The notes under the pieces: generated by a model
What the model was told of the DNA's origin: nothing
Seen by the model: the letters and a program-made list of their open reading frames with translations, nothing else
Database searches by the model: none
Shown: piece by piece, positions 1 to 7,809 of the stretch
How positions within the stretch are numbered: position 1 is the first letter of the stretch
How the letters are laid out: each line of letters opens with the position of its first letter
Made by a program: the position numbers and the translations under genes
Origin: Acidobacteriota bacterium
GTDB taxonomy: Bacteria > Acidobacteriota > Aminicenantia > Aminicenantales > Aminicenantaceae
Assembly: GCA_030609975.1 (NCBI GenBank)
Contig: JAUWSR010000001.1
Span: forward strand, 1 to 41,647
Direction: 5' to 3'
Length of the DNA stretch: 41,647 nucleotides

Positions 1-642
1 GCTGCATAGGGAGATGCGCTCAGACAAATTCATTTTAGCGACTCTCTCTCCATAAAATTCAACGGATTTGAGCGCAGCTTTTTTTGTTCCCAGGTCTTTC
101 AAAAGGTAAAGAGTGATATCCTTGCTCGAACACGCCGGCGAAGGCTCTCCCCGAACTTGGACCTTTAGGGTTTCCGGGACCTGGAACCAGGTCCGCCCGG
201 TCTTGAAGGCGAAGGTGATATCCACATCACCCATTCCCTGACCGAAACATCCGACAGCGCCCAAAATATTGAGATGGCTGTCCGTTCCCACCACGGTCCC
301 GCCAGGCCGCGCTAAGCCCTCTTCCATCATCACATGGGATCCGATCCCGGAATCCACATCAAAAACCCGGATCCCCTGTTGACGGGCAAAATCACGGCAT
401 ATTTGCTGGTTGTCAGCATATTTGAGTGAACAGGCCGGAGCACAAAGGTCAAACGTGAAAAAAGTCTTTTCAGGATCTGCCACCAGAGCCTCTCCATATT
501 CACTCTGGAAATTTTTAACCACGTTTGGACCACCAAAATCCCGGGCTGAACGGACATCGAGATCCATCCACACGATCCGGCCGGGAGCGACCTCATCCTG
601 AGTATGAGCTTGAATAATTTTCTCTATAAGTGTTTTTCCCAT
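1..642 (-). CDS. Aconitase-superfamily hydro-lyase large subunit (LeuC/HacA-like paralog). Only the N-terminal 214 codons are present; the gene runs off the left edge.
   Basis: Absent from the ORF track because there is no stop in the window. Reverse-strand ATG at 640-642 is preceded by a GAGGTG SD. My translation MGKTLIEKIIQAHTQDEVAPGRIVWMDLDVRSARDFGGPNVV...GIGSHVMMEEGLARPGGTVVGTDSHLNILGAVGCFGQGMG is collinear with the N-terminal half of the large subunit at 2292-3527. Confidence 0.8.
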   Translation of the reverse strand, partial: MGKTLIEKIIQAHTQDEVAPGRIVWMDLDVRSARDFGGPNVVKNFQSEYGEALVADPEKTFFTFDLCAPACSLKYADNQQICRDFARQQGIRVFDVDSGIGSHVMMEEGLARPGGTVVGTDSHLNILGAVGCFGQGMGDVDITFAFKTGRTWFQVPETLKVQVRGEPSPACSSKDITLYLLKDLGTKKAALKSVEFYGERVAKMNLSERISLCS

Positions 643-681
643 TTTCACCTCAGCTTGGTACCAGCAGTGATCCTTTTATAA

Positions 682-1797
682 CTAGAGCTTAGAGGCAACC
701 GCATGTGCGACATCCAGCGTCGTGGCATCGCCTCTCATATCGTAGGTGCGGACCTTTCCCTCCTGGATGACCGCTGCAATGGCACTTTCCAAACGGTTGG
801 CAAGTCCTTCTTCCCCCAGCCAATCAAACATCATCTTGGTGGCCAGGAGCATAGCCATAGGATTGACCTTGTACATCCCGGTGTACTTGGGCGCAGAGCC
901 ATGTGTGGGTTCAAACACAGCATAATCGTCTCCGATGTTCCCACTGCAGGCAAATCCCAGGCCGCCCACCAATTGGGCCGCCAGGTCGGAGATAATATCT
1001 CCGAACAGATTTTCCGCCACCAATACCGAATAATCCTCCGGATTCTTCACCAACCACATGGCCATGGCATCAATGTTGGTTTCCCAGAATTCAACGTCCG
1101 GATAATCCTTGGAGAGCTTCCGGGCAATGTCCAGGATAAAGCCACCTGTCTCTCTCAAAACATTGGGTTTTTCCACGATGGTGACGGACCGGCGCTTGTG
1201 GGCGCGTGCAAATTCAAAAGATCGCTCTAGAATACGCGTACAGCCTTTTTTGGTCATGATCCGAGTGGACAGAGCGAGCTCATCGAGCGGTACCTTCGCG
1301 AATCTTCTCATCTTGGGGTGCAGCAGCAGGGCCTGTCTGACCTCTTCGGGGATAGGATGAAATTCAACGCCCGCATACATCCCTTCGGTGTTCTCGCGAA
1401 AGATCACCAGATCGATAGAATCCCGGTAGTTGAGCGGATTTCCCGGATAGGCCTTGCACGGGCGTAAATTGGTGTAAAGATCGAATTCCTGGCGCAGGCG
1501 GACGATAGGACTGAAATAGGAGAAGCCCTTATCCTTGAGATGGGGCTCGAGTTCCAAGGCCGCATCTTCCTTGGGTTTAGACGTGATGGCCCCGAAGAGA
1601 CAGGCATCCGTATCCTTGAGCAGCTCGATGGTTCGATCAGGCAAGGGATCTCCTTCCTTGCACCAAAATTCCCAGCCGATATCTCCCTCGATATATTCTG
1701 CATCAAACTTTATCTTTTCCAAAACGATCCGGGCGGCTTCCATCACATCCACTCCCACTCCGTCTCCGGGTAACACTGCAATCCTGTACTTTGACAT
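682..1797 (-). CDS. Beta-decarboxylating dehydrogenase (isocitrate / homoisocitrate / 3-isopropylmalate dehydrogenase family). The substrate cannot be assigned by eye.
   Basis: 371 aa. Family hallmarks: IAVLPGDGVGVDV, LFGAITSKP, RLRQEFDLYTNLRP, VIFRENTEGMY, ENLFGDIISDLAAQLVGGLG, GNIGDDYAVFEPTHGSAP. The start abuts the stop of the upstream small subunit (1797/1798). Confidence 0.85.
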   Translation of the reverse strand: MSKYRIAVLPGDGVGVDVMEAARIVLEKIKFDAEYIEGDIGWEFWCKEGDPLPDRTIELLKDTDACLFGAITSKPKEDAALELEPHLKDKGFSYFSPIVRLRQEFDLYTNLRPCKAYPGNPLNYRDSIDLVIFRENTEGMYAGVEFHPIPEEVRQALLLHPKMRRFAKVPLDELALSTRIMTKKGCTRILERSFEFARAHKRRSVTIVEKPNVLRETGGFILDIARKLSKDYPDVEFWETNIDAMAMWLVKNPEDYSVLVAENLFGDIISDLAAQLVGGLGFACSGNIGDDYAVFEPTHGSAPKYTGMYKVNPMAMLLATKMMFDWLGEEGLANRLESAIAAVIQEGKVRTYDMRGDATTLDVAHAVASKL

Positions 1798-2295
1798 TCA
1801 ACTCTCCCTTGATGTAATTTTTTGTTTGGTGTATTCGATCAGACCCCCGGCTTCCACGATCCCCAAAACAGAATCGGGAAGCCTCGGGAATTTAAACTCT
1901 CCAGCCTTGCCGCTGATCTTGCCTTGAGAAAAATCGATGGTGACCTCGTCTCCCATCCCAAGGCTATCAACTGCTTCTTGGCACTGGATCACCGGCAGAC
2001 CCTGATTGATGGCATTGCGAAAAAAGATACGGGCAAAGGATTTAGCGATCACGGCCTGAATCCCGGCAAACTTCAAACAGGATGCCGCTTGTTCCCGGGA
2101 ACTCCCACACCCAAAATTTTTTCCGGCCACGATCACATCGCCCAACTTTACCTTTTTGGCAAATTCCGGGTCCAAATCCTCCAGGGCATGCTGGGCCATC
2201 TCCGGAGGTTCCATAGGTGTATAGGTATATTTGCCTGGGAAAATGACATCGGTGTTGACATCGTCACCATACTTCCAAACCCTGCCTTTTCTCAT
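1798..2295 (-). CDS. Aconitase-superfamily hydro-lyase small subunit (LeuD/HacB-like)
   Basis: 165 aa, [23 protein letters not shown]...[13 protein letters not shown]...[15 protein letters not shown], a typical swivel-domain small subunit. Overlaps the upstream large subunit by 4 nt. Confidence 0.85.
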   Translation of the reverse strand: MRKGRVWKYGDDVNTDVIFPGKYTYTPMEPPEMAQHALEDLDPEFAKKVKLGDVIVAGKNFGCGSSREQAASCLKFAGIQAVIAKSFARIFFRNAINQGLPVIQCQEAVDSLGMGDEVTIDFSQGKISGKAGEFKFPRLPDSVLGIVEAGGLIEYTKQKITSRES

Positions 2296-3527
2296 AGATA
2301 TTCCCGAGGATCCATGATTTTACCGGTAAGCGCAGAGGCAGCCGCAGTGGCCGGCGATGCCAAATAGATCGCAGATTCCCGGCTTCCCATCCTCCCGCGG
2401 AAATTTCGGTTGGCTGTACTCAAGGCTGTCTCCCCCGGAGCCAGGATCCCTTGATGAGCTCCCAGACAGGGGCCACATCCGGGATTCAAGATGACACATC
2501 CTGCCTCTGAGAGAACCTCGAGCAATCCCGCTTTTAAGGCTCTGAGATATTCCTGGCGAGAAGCAGGAATAACCAACACCCGCACAGAAGGATGGATCTT
2601 TCGGTTCTTGAGGATACCGGCCGCGACCTCCAAATCCTCGAAACGACCATTGGTACAAGTCCCGATCAAAACCTGATGGATGGGGATTCCGGCGACCTCA
2701 TGGATGGGCTTGACATTGTCGACTGTGTGCGGGCAGGCCACTTGAGGCTCCAGATCAGAAAGATCGAAGGTGAAGGTCCTCTCATATACGGCATCCGGAT
2801 CGGAAAAGATCGGTTCAAATTCCAGTTGAGCCCGGCCTTCGAGATAGTCCAGAACCATTTGATTGGGCTCGAAATAGCCGTTCTTTGCTCCCATCTCCGC
2901 AGCCATATTGGACAGCACCAAGCGCTCTGCCAGGCTCATGTTCTGAGCCCCAGCTCCAGTGAACTCTACGGCCAAGTAATTGGCGCAGTCCGCACCCAGA
3001 TCTCCGATGATCCTTAATATCAGATCCTTGGCAAAAGTTCCGGCCGCGTAACCACCTTGGATCTCAATTCTAAAAGTTTCCGGAACCCGAAGCCAGATCT
3101 CATCTGTAGCCCAAAGACAGGCTACTTCCGTGCGGCCGATCCCGGCCGAAAAGGCTCCCAGGGCCCCGTAACTGGTGGTGTGTGAATCGGCCCCCAGGAT
3201 CAGTTTACCAGGAAGGGCAAAGCCCGCCTCATGAAAAACCTGGTGGCATATCCCATGATGAATATCGAAGAAATTGGAGATCCCTTGTTGAGACACAAAT
3301 TCCCGGATAAGCTTATGGTTCAAAGCGTATTTTTCGGCAGATGCAGGCACTACGTGATCGAGGATAATCACAAGCTTGTCGGGATTTTTGATTTTTTCGA
3401 CACCCAGTTTCGCGAATTCCTGGCTTATTGCGGCAGAATTGTCATGGGACAGAATAAAATCGGGCGAAACCGTAACCACTTCGCCGGCCTTCTTTCCCAG
3501 GATCTTCTCTGAAAAAGTTGCGCCCAA
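2292..3527 (-). CDS. Aconitase-superfamily hydro-lyase large subunit (archaeal-type LeuC/HacA-like)
   Basis: 411 aa. TTG start with an AAGGAG SD 6 nt upstream. Canonical motifs [29 protein letters not shown] and NPGCGPCLG (three Fe-S ligand cysteines), plus [10 protein letters not shown]. Confidence 0.9.
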   Translation of the reverse strand: MGATFSEKILGKKAGEVVTVSPDFILSHDNSAAISQEFAKLGVEKIKNPDKLVIILDHVVPASAEKYALNHKLIREFVSQQGISNFFDIHHGICHQVFHEAGFALPGKLILGADSHTTSYGALGAFSAGIGRTEVACLWATDEIWLRVPETFRIEIQGGYAAGTFAKDLILRIIGDLGADCANYLAVEFTGAGAQNMSLAERLVLSNMAAEMGAKNGYFEPNQMVLDYLEGRAQLEFEPIFSDPDAVYERTFTFDLSDLEPQVACPHTVDNVKPIHEVAGIPIHQVLIGTCTNGRFEDLEVAAGILKNRKIHPSVRVLVIPASRQEYLRALKAGLLEVLSEAGCVILNPGCGPCLGAHQGILAPGETALSTANRNFRGRMGSRESAIYLASPATAAASALTGKIMDPREYL

Positions 3528-3547
3528 GAATATCTCCTTTGTCCAGC

Positions 3548-4084
3548 CTATTTGACTTGGAGGGCTTCAAAATTCACAAAATCCGCATGATTGACAATGA
3601 TAGCTTCTACGGTTCGGCGTGCTCCATCCCCCTCCTTGGAGTGTGCAGCAATGACATGCAGGATCTCCTGAGGAATGGCATAAGTGCCGGCAAAGACTGC
3701 TCCTGATATGGGATGACGAAGCAGCTTCCCCTCCTCACTCTTGACAAATTCCCTCCCATCCCGCTTGTATTCAAAGAGTTTTCCTACGTCATGCAGCAGC
3801 GCACCGGCGAGAAGATAGTCGCGGTTGATCTTAATCTTGCCTTGGTATTCCTGCTTGAGGACATCCGCGATCTGCAGAGAACAGAGCGTCACAGCACGCG
3901 TGTGCTCGATAATATTGACAGATGTGTGCCTGATCAGCAGCGTAAAAGGCATTTCCTTCAAGTCTTCGACCTGCCATTGGCTTTTTTTCATGGCGTCCAG
4001 CCAAATCATGATGGTTTTTTCCTGCAATCCCGGATCGTCGATCAATTGGAATTCAGGGATCAAAGAAAGCAATTTATTTCTCAT
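3548..4084 (-). CDS. HD-domain (HDIG-like) metal-dependent phosphohydrolase, function unknown
   Basis: 178 aa. H...HD...D signature: IEHTRAV, LLAGALLHDVGK, IAAHSKEGD, VNHADF. Sits 3 nt downstream of the lyase gene within the operon. Confidence 0.7.
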   Translation of the reverse strand: MRNKLLSLIPEFQLIDDPGLQEKTIMIWLDAMKKSQWQVEDLKEMPFTLLIRHTSVNIIEHTRAVTLCSLQIADVLKQEYQGKIKINRDYLLAGALLHDVGKLFEYKRDGREFVKSEEGKLLRHPISGAVFAGTYAIPQEILHVIAAHSKEGDGARRTVEAIIVNHADFVNFEALQVK

Positions 4085-4087
4085 GGA

Positions 4088-4861
4088 TCATTCCTTTTCC
4101 GGAGGTCCATCATATTCAAAATCTTGGGGATGGATCTTGCGCATGGGTTTCATCCTGGTTTTTTCCTCATGGATATGAGCGGTCAGCCCAGCGACGCGCG
4201 CCATGATAAAGAAAGCATTTCCAATCTCGGGCGGAAAGTCCAGGTCGCACAGGAGAGCAGCGATGGCTCCATCCACATTTATAGGTAAAGGCTTTCCCAG
4301 CGTCTTAGCCAGCACACATTCCACCGTCCTCGAGATCTGGACATGATGGTCTGCAATGCCTAGTTCGGCAGCCAAGCCGAAAAGTTTGGCAGTGCGCGGG
4401 TCTTGTGTGTGCAGCCTATGACCAAAACCAGAAGCTCGTTTTTTCTGTTCCCGCAGCTCCTGCAGGATCTCCTCAGCAGCTTGTTCTGCGTTTAAACTTT
4501 TCTTTTCCATCCGGGCTGCTACCCGGTAAAACAGTCTCATCCCTTCCTCGATGGCGCCTCCATGATAGCGGGAGATAGCCAGCACACCCGCTGCGATGGA
4601 AGCATTCAGCTCCGAACCTGTGGAGGCCACTGTCCGCGCAGCCAACACCGAGGGGGGACTGGCGCCGTGATCGACTGAAGATACCAGGATGGCGTCCACG
4701 AGTCGGCCGACCTCCGGAGAGGGCATCTTCCCTTTCAACACCAAATAGATTGCCTGGGAGAAAGAGATCTGGCCAATGAGCTCATCTACGGGATAGCCTC
4801 TGACCACGATCCGGTTGGGTTCGACTTTGGTGATGCCTGTCTTCCACTTGAGCTCACTCAT
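4088..4861 (-). CDS. ccl: Citryl-CoA lyase-like protein (short citrate-synthase-family protein)
   Basis: The ORF-track entry (to 5056) overlaps the upstream gene. The internal ATG at 4859-4861 has a GGAGG SD and gives a 257-aa protein, MSELKWKTGITKVEPNRIVVRGY.... It carries the citrate synthase signature GFGHRLHTQDPRTAKL but lacks the large N-terminal part of true citrate synthases. Confidence 0.75.
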   Translation of the reverse strand: MSELKWKTGITKVEPNRIVVRGYPVDELIGQISFSQAIYLVLKGKMPSPEVGRLVDAILVSSVDHGASPPSVLAARTVASTGSELNASIAAGVLAISRYHGGAIEEGMRLFYRVAARMEKKSLNAEQAAEEILQELREQKKRASGFGHRLHTQDPRTAKLFGLAAELGIADHHVQISRTVECVLAKTLGKPLPINVDGAIAALLCDLDFPPEIGNAFFIMARVAGLTAHIHEEKTRMKPMRKIHPQDFEYDGPPEKE

Positions 4862-5768
4862 TTTTTCCTCCCATGGAATCCAGAAGCTGGGCTGCAACCT
4901 GAGGAATATCGGCAATGCTATCCACGACCTGGACACCCACAGCCTGCAAACGCTCGACCTTGCTGGCGTGTGAACCCCGGGTGCCTTCAACGATGGCTCC
5001 TGCGTGCGAAAAACGGGTGCCCGATTTGGCGGCCTTACCCCCGATATAGGCAACAACCGGTTTTGTTACATTGCCGTTTTCAATGAGATCCGCGACCCTC
5101 TCCTCCTGAGTGGTACCGATCTCCCCGAACATAACGATTAAACGGGTCTGTTCATCTTCTTGAAATGAGGCTACGACCTCGGGGTGGGACATCCCCACCA
5201 CGGCATCTCCGCCCACATGCACAATAGTGCTCTGCCCGATGCCCGCCTCAGTAAGATAATACGAGATAGCTGAGGTCATTCCACCGCTTCGTGAGGTAAC
5301 TCCTACCGGTCCGGGCCGGAACCACTCCCGGGCTGACTCGGCCCGCCCCCCGATCATTCCCAGGACAGCCTTTCCCGGACTCACAAGTCCTAAGGTGTTG
5401 GGCCCTACAAAACGTGCACCCTTGATATCAGCAAAGCGTGCGATCTCGAGCACATCCAGGATCGGAACACGGTCAGGAACAATGACCACCAGCTTGATCC
5501 CGGCTGCAATCGCTTCCAATGCGGCATTTTTAACCAACATGGCCGGAACAAATACAACGGAAATATCCAGAGGACCTGAGGCTTGCCAAGCTTCTTCTAC
5601 AGAATCATAAACCGGTACGTCACAGACATTCTGTCCACCTTTACCCGGAGTTACACCTGCCACGACCGTAGTGCCATAGTCCTTCATCAACTGTGTCCGC
5701 ACCATACCCTCACGGCCGGTAATTCCCTGCACCAGCACCCTGGAAGCAGCATCAACTAAGATCGACAT
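4854..5768 (-). CDS. ccsB: Succinyl-CoA-synthetase-alpha-like subunit, probable citryl-CoA synthetase small subunit
   Basis: Start trimmed to the ATG at 5766-5768 (MSILVDAASRVLVQGITGREG), 304 aa. CoA-binding Rossmann fold and phosphohistidine loop GTRFSHAGAIV. Lies directly upstream of the lyase, overlapping it by 8 nt. Confidence 0.75.
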   Translation of the reverse strand: MSILVDAASRVLVQGITGREGMVRTQLMKDYGTTVVAGVTPGKGGQNVCDVPVYDSVEEAWQASGPLDISVVFVPAMLVKNAALEAIAAGIKLVVIVPDRVPILDVLEIARFADIKGARFVGPNTLGLVSPGKAVLGMIGGRAESAREWFRPGPVGVTSRSGGMTSAISYYLTEAGIGQSTIVHVGGDAVVGMSHPEVVASFQEDEQTRLIVMFGEIGTTQEERVADLIENGNVTKPVVAYIGGKAAKSGTRFSHAGAIVEGTRGSHASKVERLQAVGVQVVDSIADIPQVAAQLLDSMGGKNE

Positions 5769-5772
5769 CGCT

Positions 5773-7359
5773 TTACCTATCCTTCCCGAGATCCGACGCG
5801 GGATCCAGACCATTTATTAAGGAATCTCTGTATTCTTTTAATCCCGGTATAGGCAGATGGATAAATATAGCATCCTGTTCATGGAATTTGCAGAAAATCT
5901 CACAGGCCAGGCACTCCGTGCACTTTCCCCTCTTGGCATCCTCCCGGGAAATGGCCAGTGCTGCCCGGCCGTCCTCAATGGCCAAAATCCCGGCCGTGCA
6001 GGCTTCCACACATCCCTTGCTTTGACAGTCTCTACATTTATCCTGGTCAATGAACAAATTGCCTGTTAAAATCTCAAAGGAATATCTCTCCGCGGGCGGA
6101 CTGAGCACCTCTATGGATCTCACTCGATGTCCTAAGGACTCTCCGGCATGGATCAGTTCTTCCATCCGGCGCGCGCAGAATTCCGGGGAATCATCCCGCC
6201 CGTAGCCTTCCACCTCTCCTGGAATGCCCTTTAAGTAGGTTCCCAGGATCTCGATGGCTTTCTCCTCGAAATTCCCACCCAAACGGATCACTCCCGGTAT
6301 CTCCAACTGCTCCTCATAGAAAGCCTTAACCAGGCCCCGGGCAGAATGATATTGTTCCTGACTTGCTACACCTGAGCCTGAAGCAAAATAGCCTTTGATA
6401 TGGGGCTGGGAAAGTATAATCTTGGCCGCACGATAGACTTTAGCAGCCGCCGGATTTCCGCTGGTATCACAGTAATTGGCGAGTTTAAATCCCCGGCCCA
6501 ACACGGCATCCATGGACATCATGGACCCACCGCCTCCGGCTCCGTTAAACCCGATCGCTAAGTCCTGAGGAGACACTTCATCGATCATCTGCAAGAAATA
6601 GAAGGTGCCGCGGTGGTCCTTTTCCTCGACCTGGTAGGCGATCTTCTCCAGTTCGGTGGGCGGCCTGTCGAATTCACGGGCAACTTCTATCCCCAGGTCC
6701 GGATGACGGAAGACCGCATAATCATCGACGGTAAAATGACAGTCGGCTGCATATATTTTTCCATCCCTGGTGAGCACCAACGGATTCATCTCGGCCGAGC
6801 GGGCATCGTAGGCATGGGCTACCTTATAGAAACGGGTTAAAAGACTGGAGAGTTGAACCAGAGGTTTGCCTGTTATTCCTGTTTTTCGGATGAGGTTTCT
6901 CACTTGATATTCCCGTAAACCTGCCAGTATATCCACGGGCATCTTGGTGATCTTTTCCGGATGAGTTCGAGCAATCTCTTCGATCCCGGTTCCTCCTACC
7001 GAACTGAAAACCAACAAGGGGCATTTTTGGGCATCATCGATAACCAGCCCGGCAAAATACTCCGCCTCGATGTCCAGTTTTTCTTCAACAAGAATCCTAT
7101 CGACCACAAAATTTTTGACTTTTTTACCTAGGAGTTCACGTGCTTTAGCCTCAGCTTCTTCCGGTGAATCCGCGAATTGAATCCCTCCCAGCCCTGCACG
7201 GCCCGTGACCCAAACCTGCATCTTGATGACGACCGGCCTGCCGATTCTCTCAGCCACAGCCCGTGCTTCCTCCGGTGTGGAAGCGACCTCACCCTGAGGA
7301 GTAGGTACTCCTCCTTTCTTAAGCAGGTTTTTGCTCTGGTACTCGTATATTCTAGCCAC
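5773..7359 (-). CDS. ccsA: Succinyl-CoA-synthetase-beta-like ATP-grasp subunit, probable citryl-CoA synthetase large subunit, with a C-terminal eight-Cys ferredoxin-like extension
   Basis: 528 aa. GTG start at 7357-7359. N-terminus MARIYEYQSKNLLKKGGVPTPQG resembles SucC, and GFNGAGGGGSMMSMD is the ligase-CoA domain. The C-terminal ~95 aa carry CRDCQSKGCVEAC and CTECLACEIFC. Confidence 0.75.
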   Translation of the reverse strand: MARIYEYQSKNLLKKGGVPTPQGEVASTPEEARAVAERIGRPVVIKMQVWVTGRAGLGGIQFADSPEEAEAKARELLGKKVKNFVVDRILVEEKLDIEAEYFAGLVIDDAQKCPLLVFSSVGGTGIEEIARTHPEKITKMPVDILAGLREYQVRNLIRKTGITGKPLVQLSSLLTRFYKVAHAYDARSAEMNPLVLTRDGKIYAADCHFTVDDYAVFRHPDLGIEVAREFDRPPTELEKIAYQVEEKDHRGTFYFLQMIDEVSPQDLAIGFNGAGGGGSMMSMDAVLGRGFKLANYCDTSGNPAAAKVYRAAKIILSQPHIKGYFASGSGVASQEQYHSARGLVKAFYEEQLEIPGVIRLGGNFEEKAIEILGTYLKGIPGEVEGYGRDDSPEFCARRMEELIHAGESLGHRVRSIEVLSPPAERYSFEILTGNLFIDQDKCRDCQSKGCVEACTAGILAIEDGRAALAISREDAKRGKCTECLACEIFCKFHEQDAIFIHLPIPGLKEYRDSLINGLDPASDLGKDR

Positions 7360-7386
7360 GTTTTGTCCCTATCTCGGAATTTCTAT

Positions 7387-7415
7387 ATTATTAGGAGAGG
7401 CCCCCCTTTTGTCAA
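7387..7415 (-). promoter_or_regulatory. Candidate sigma-70 promoter of the ccsA operon
   Basis: On the minus strand: TTGACA (7415-7410), 18-nt spacer, AATAAT (7392-7387). Lies about 30 nt upstream of the GTG start. Confidence 0.4.
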
Positions 7416-7500
7416 TGAAATCATGAAGCTCGTATCCTCATGCGGCTCAGATGAATAGTGACTCTCTCAGACTGTTACACTCGCTAAAAGTATTTGCTCT

Positions 7501-7537
7501 ATAAAGAAAATGGCTGTTACCTCTCGAGATAACAGCC
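7501..7537 (-). terminator. Candidate intrinsic terminator ending the ECF/anti-sigma operon transcript
   Basis: 8-bp stem GGCTGTTA/TAACAGCC (7512-7519 / 7530-7537) with a 10-nt loop. On the minus strand it is followed by ATTTTCTTTAT. Confidence 0.4.
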
Positions 7538-7567
7538 TTCAATTTCTATTGTGGGAAATGAGTGGGT

Positions 7568-7796
7568 CTACTCAAGCCAGATCTTAACCACCTCTCCTTT
7601 TTCACGGATCTCGATCAAGGCCATGGGACCGGCCTTTTTGAGCTCTTTGAATATTTGCTTGATATCGATGTCCAAATCATCATCATGGATCTGCAGGTCC
7701 TCATCATCACAGGCACTTAAGAATAACTCAACCACGGCAATGGGTAGCGTGATCTTAACTTTGTCCTGTTTGGTGCTCTCACGTGATTTTTCTCAT
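7568..7796 (-). CDS. Small ORF paralogous to the C-terminal ~60 aa of the protein at 7810-8658. The reading frame is broken by 1 nt in an A5 run just after the start.
   Basis: GGGAGA SD, 8 nt, then ATG at 7796-7794, but ATG AGA AAA ATC ACG TGA stops after 5 codons. The +1 frame stays open to the TAG at 7570-7568 and reads ...KVKITLPIAVVELFLSACDDEDLQIHDDDLDIDIKQIFKELKKAGPMALIEIREKGEVVKIWLE. Compare ...FKLNIPWALADLAFSAISEEDKTRIRKEGYDLDRIVNQLLEMRGEVLEIYDADEGVTIKIWIK in the upstream protein. The only in-frame alternative start is the GTG at 7735-7733. Confidence 0.45.
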
Positions 7797-7809
7797 TCTC
7801 AATTTCTCC

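Noticed and set aside
4862-5056. N-terminal extensions in ORF-track entries: 4088-5056, 4854-5813, 17786-18199, 30950-32248, 32909-33850, 33778-35634 and 19679-20440.
   Set aside because: Each extension overlaps the 3' end of the upstream gene and is not homologous to the family. In every case an internal start with an SD or a stop/start overlap reproduces the canonical N-terminus, so I trimmed the starts.
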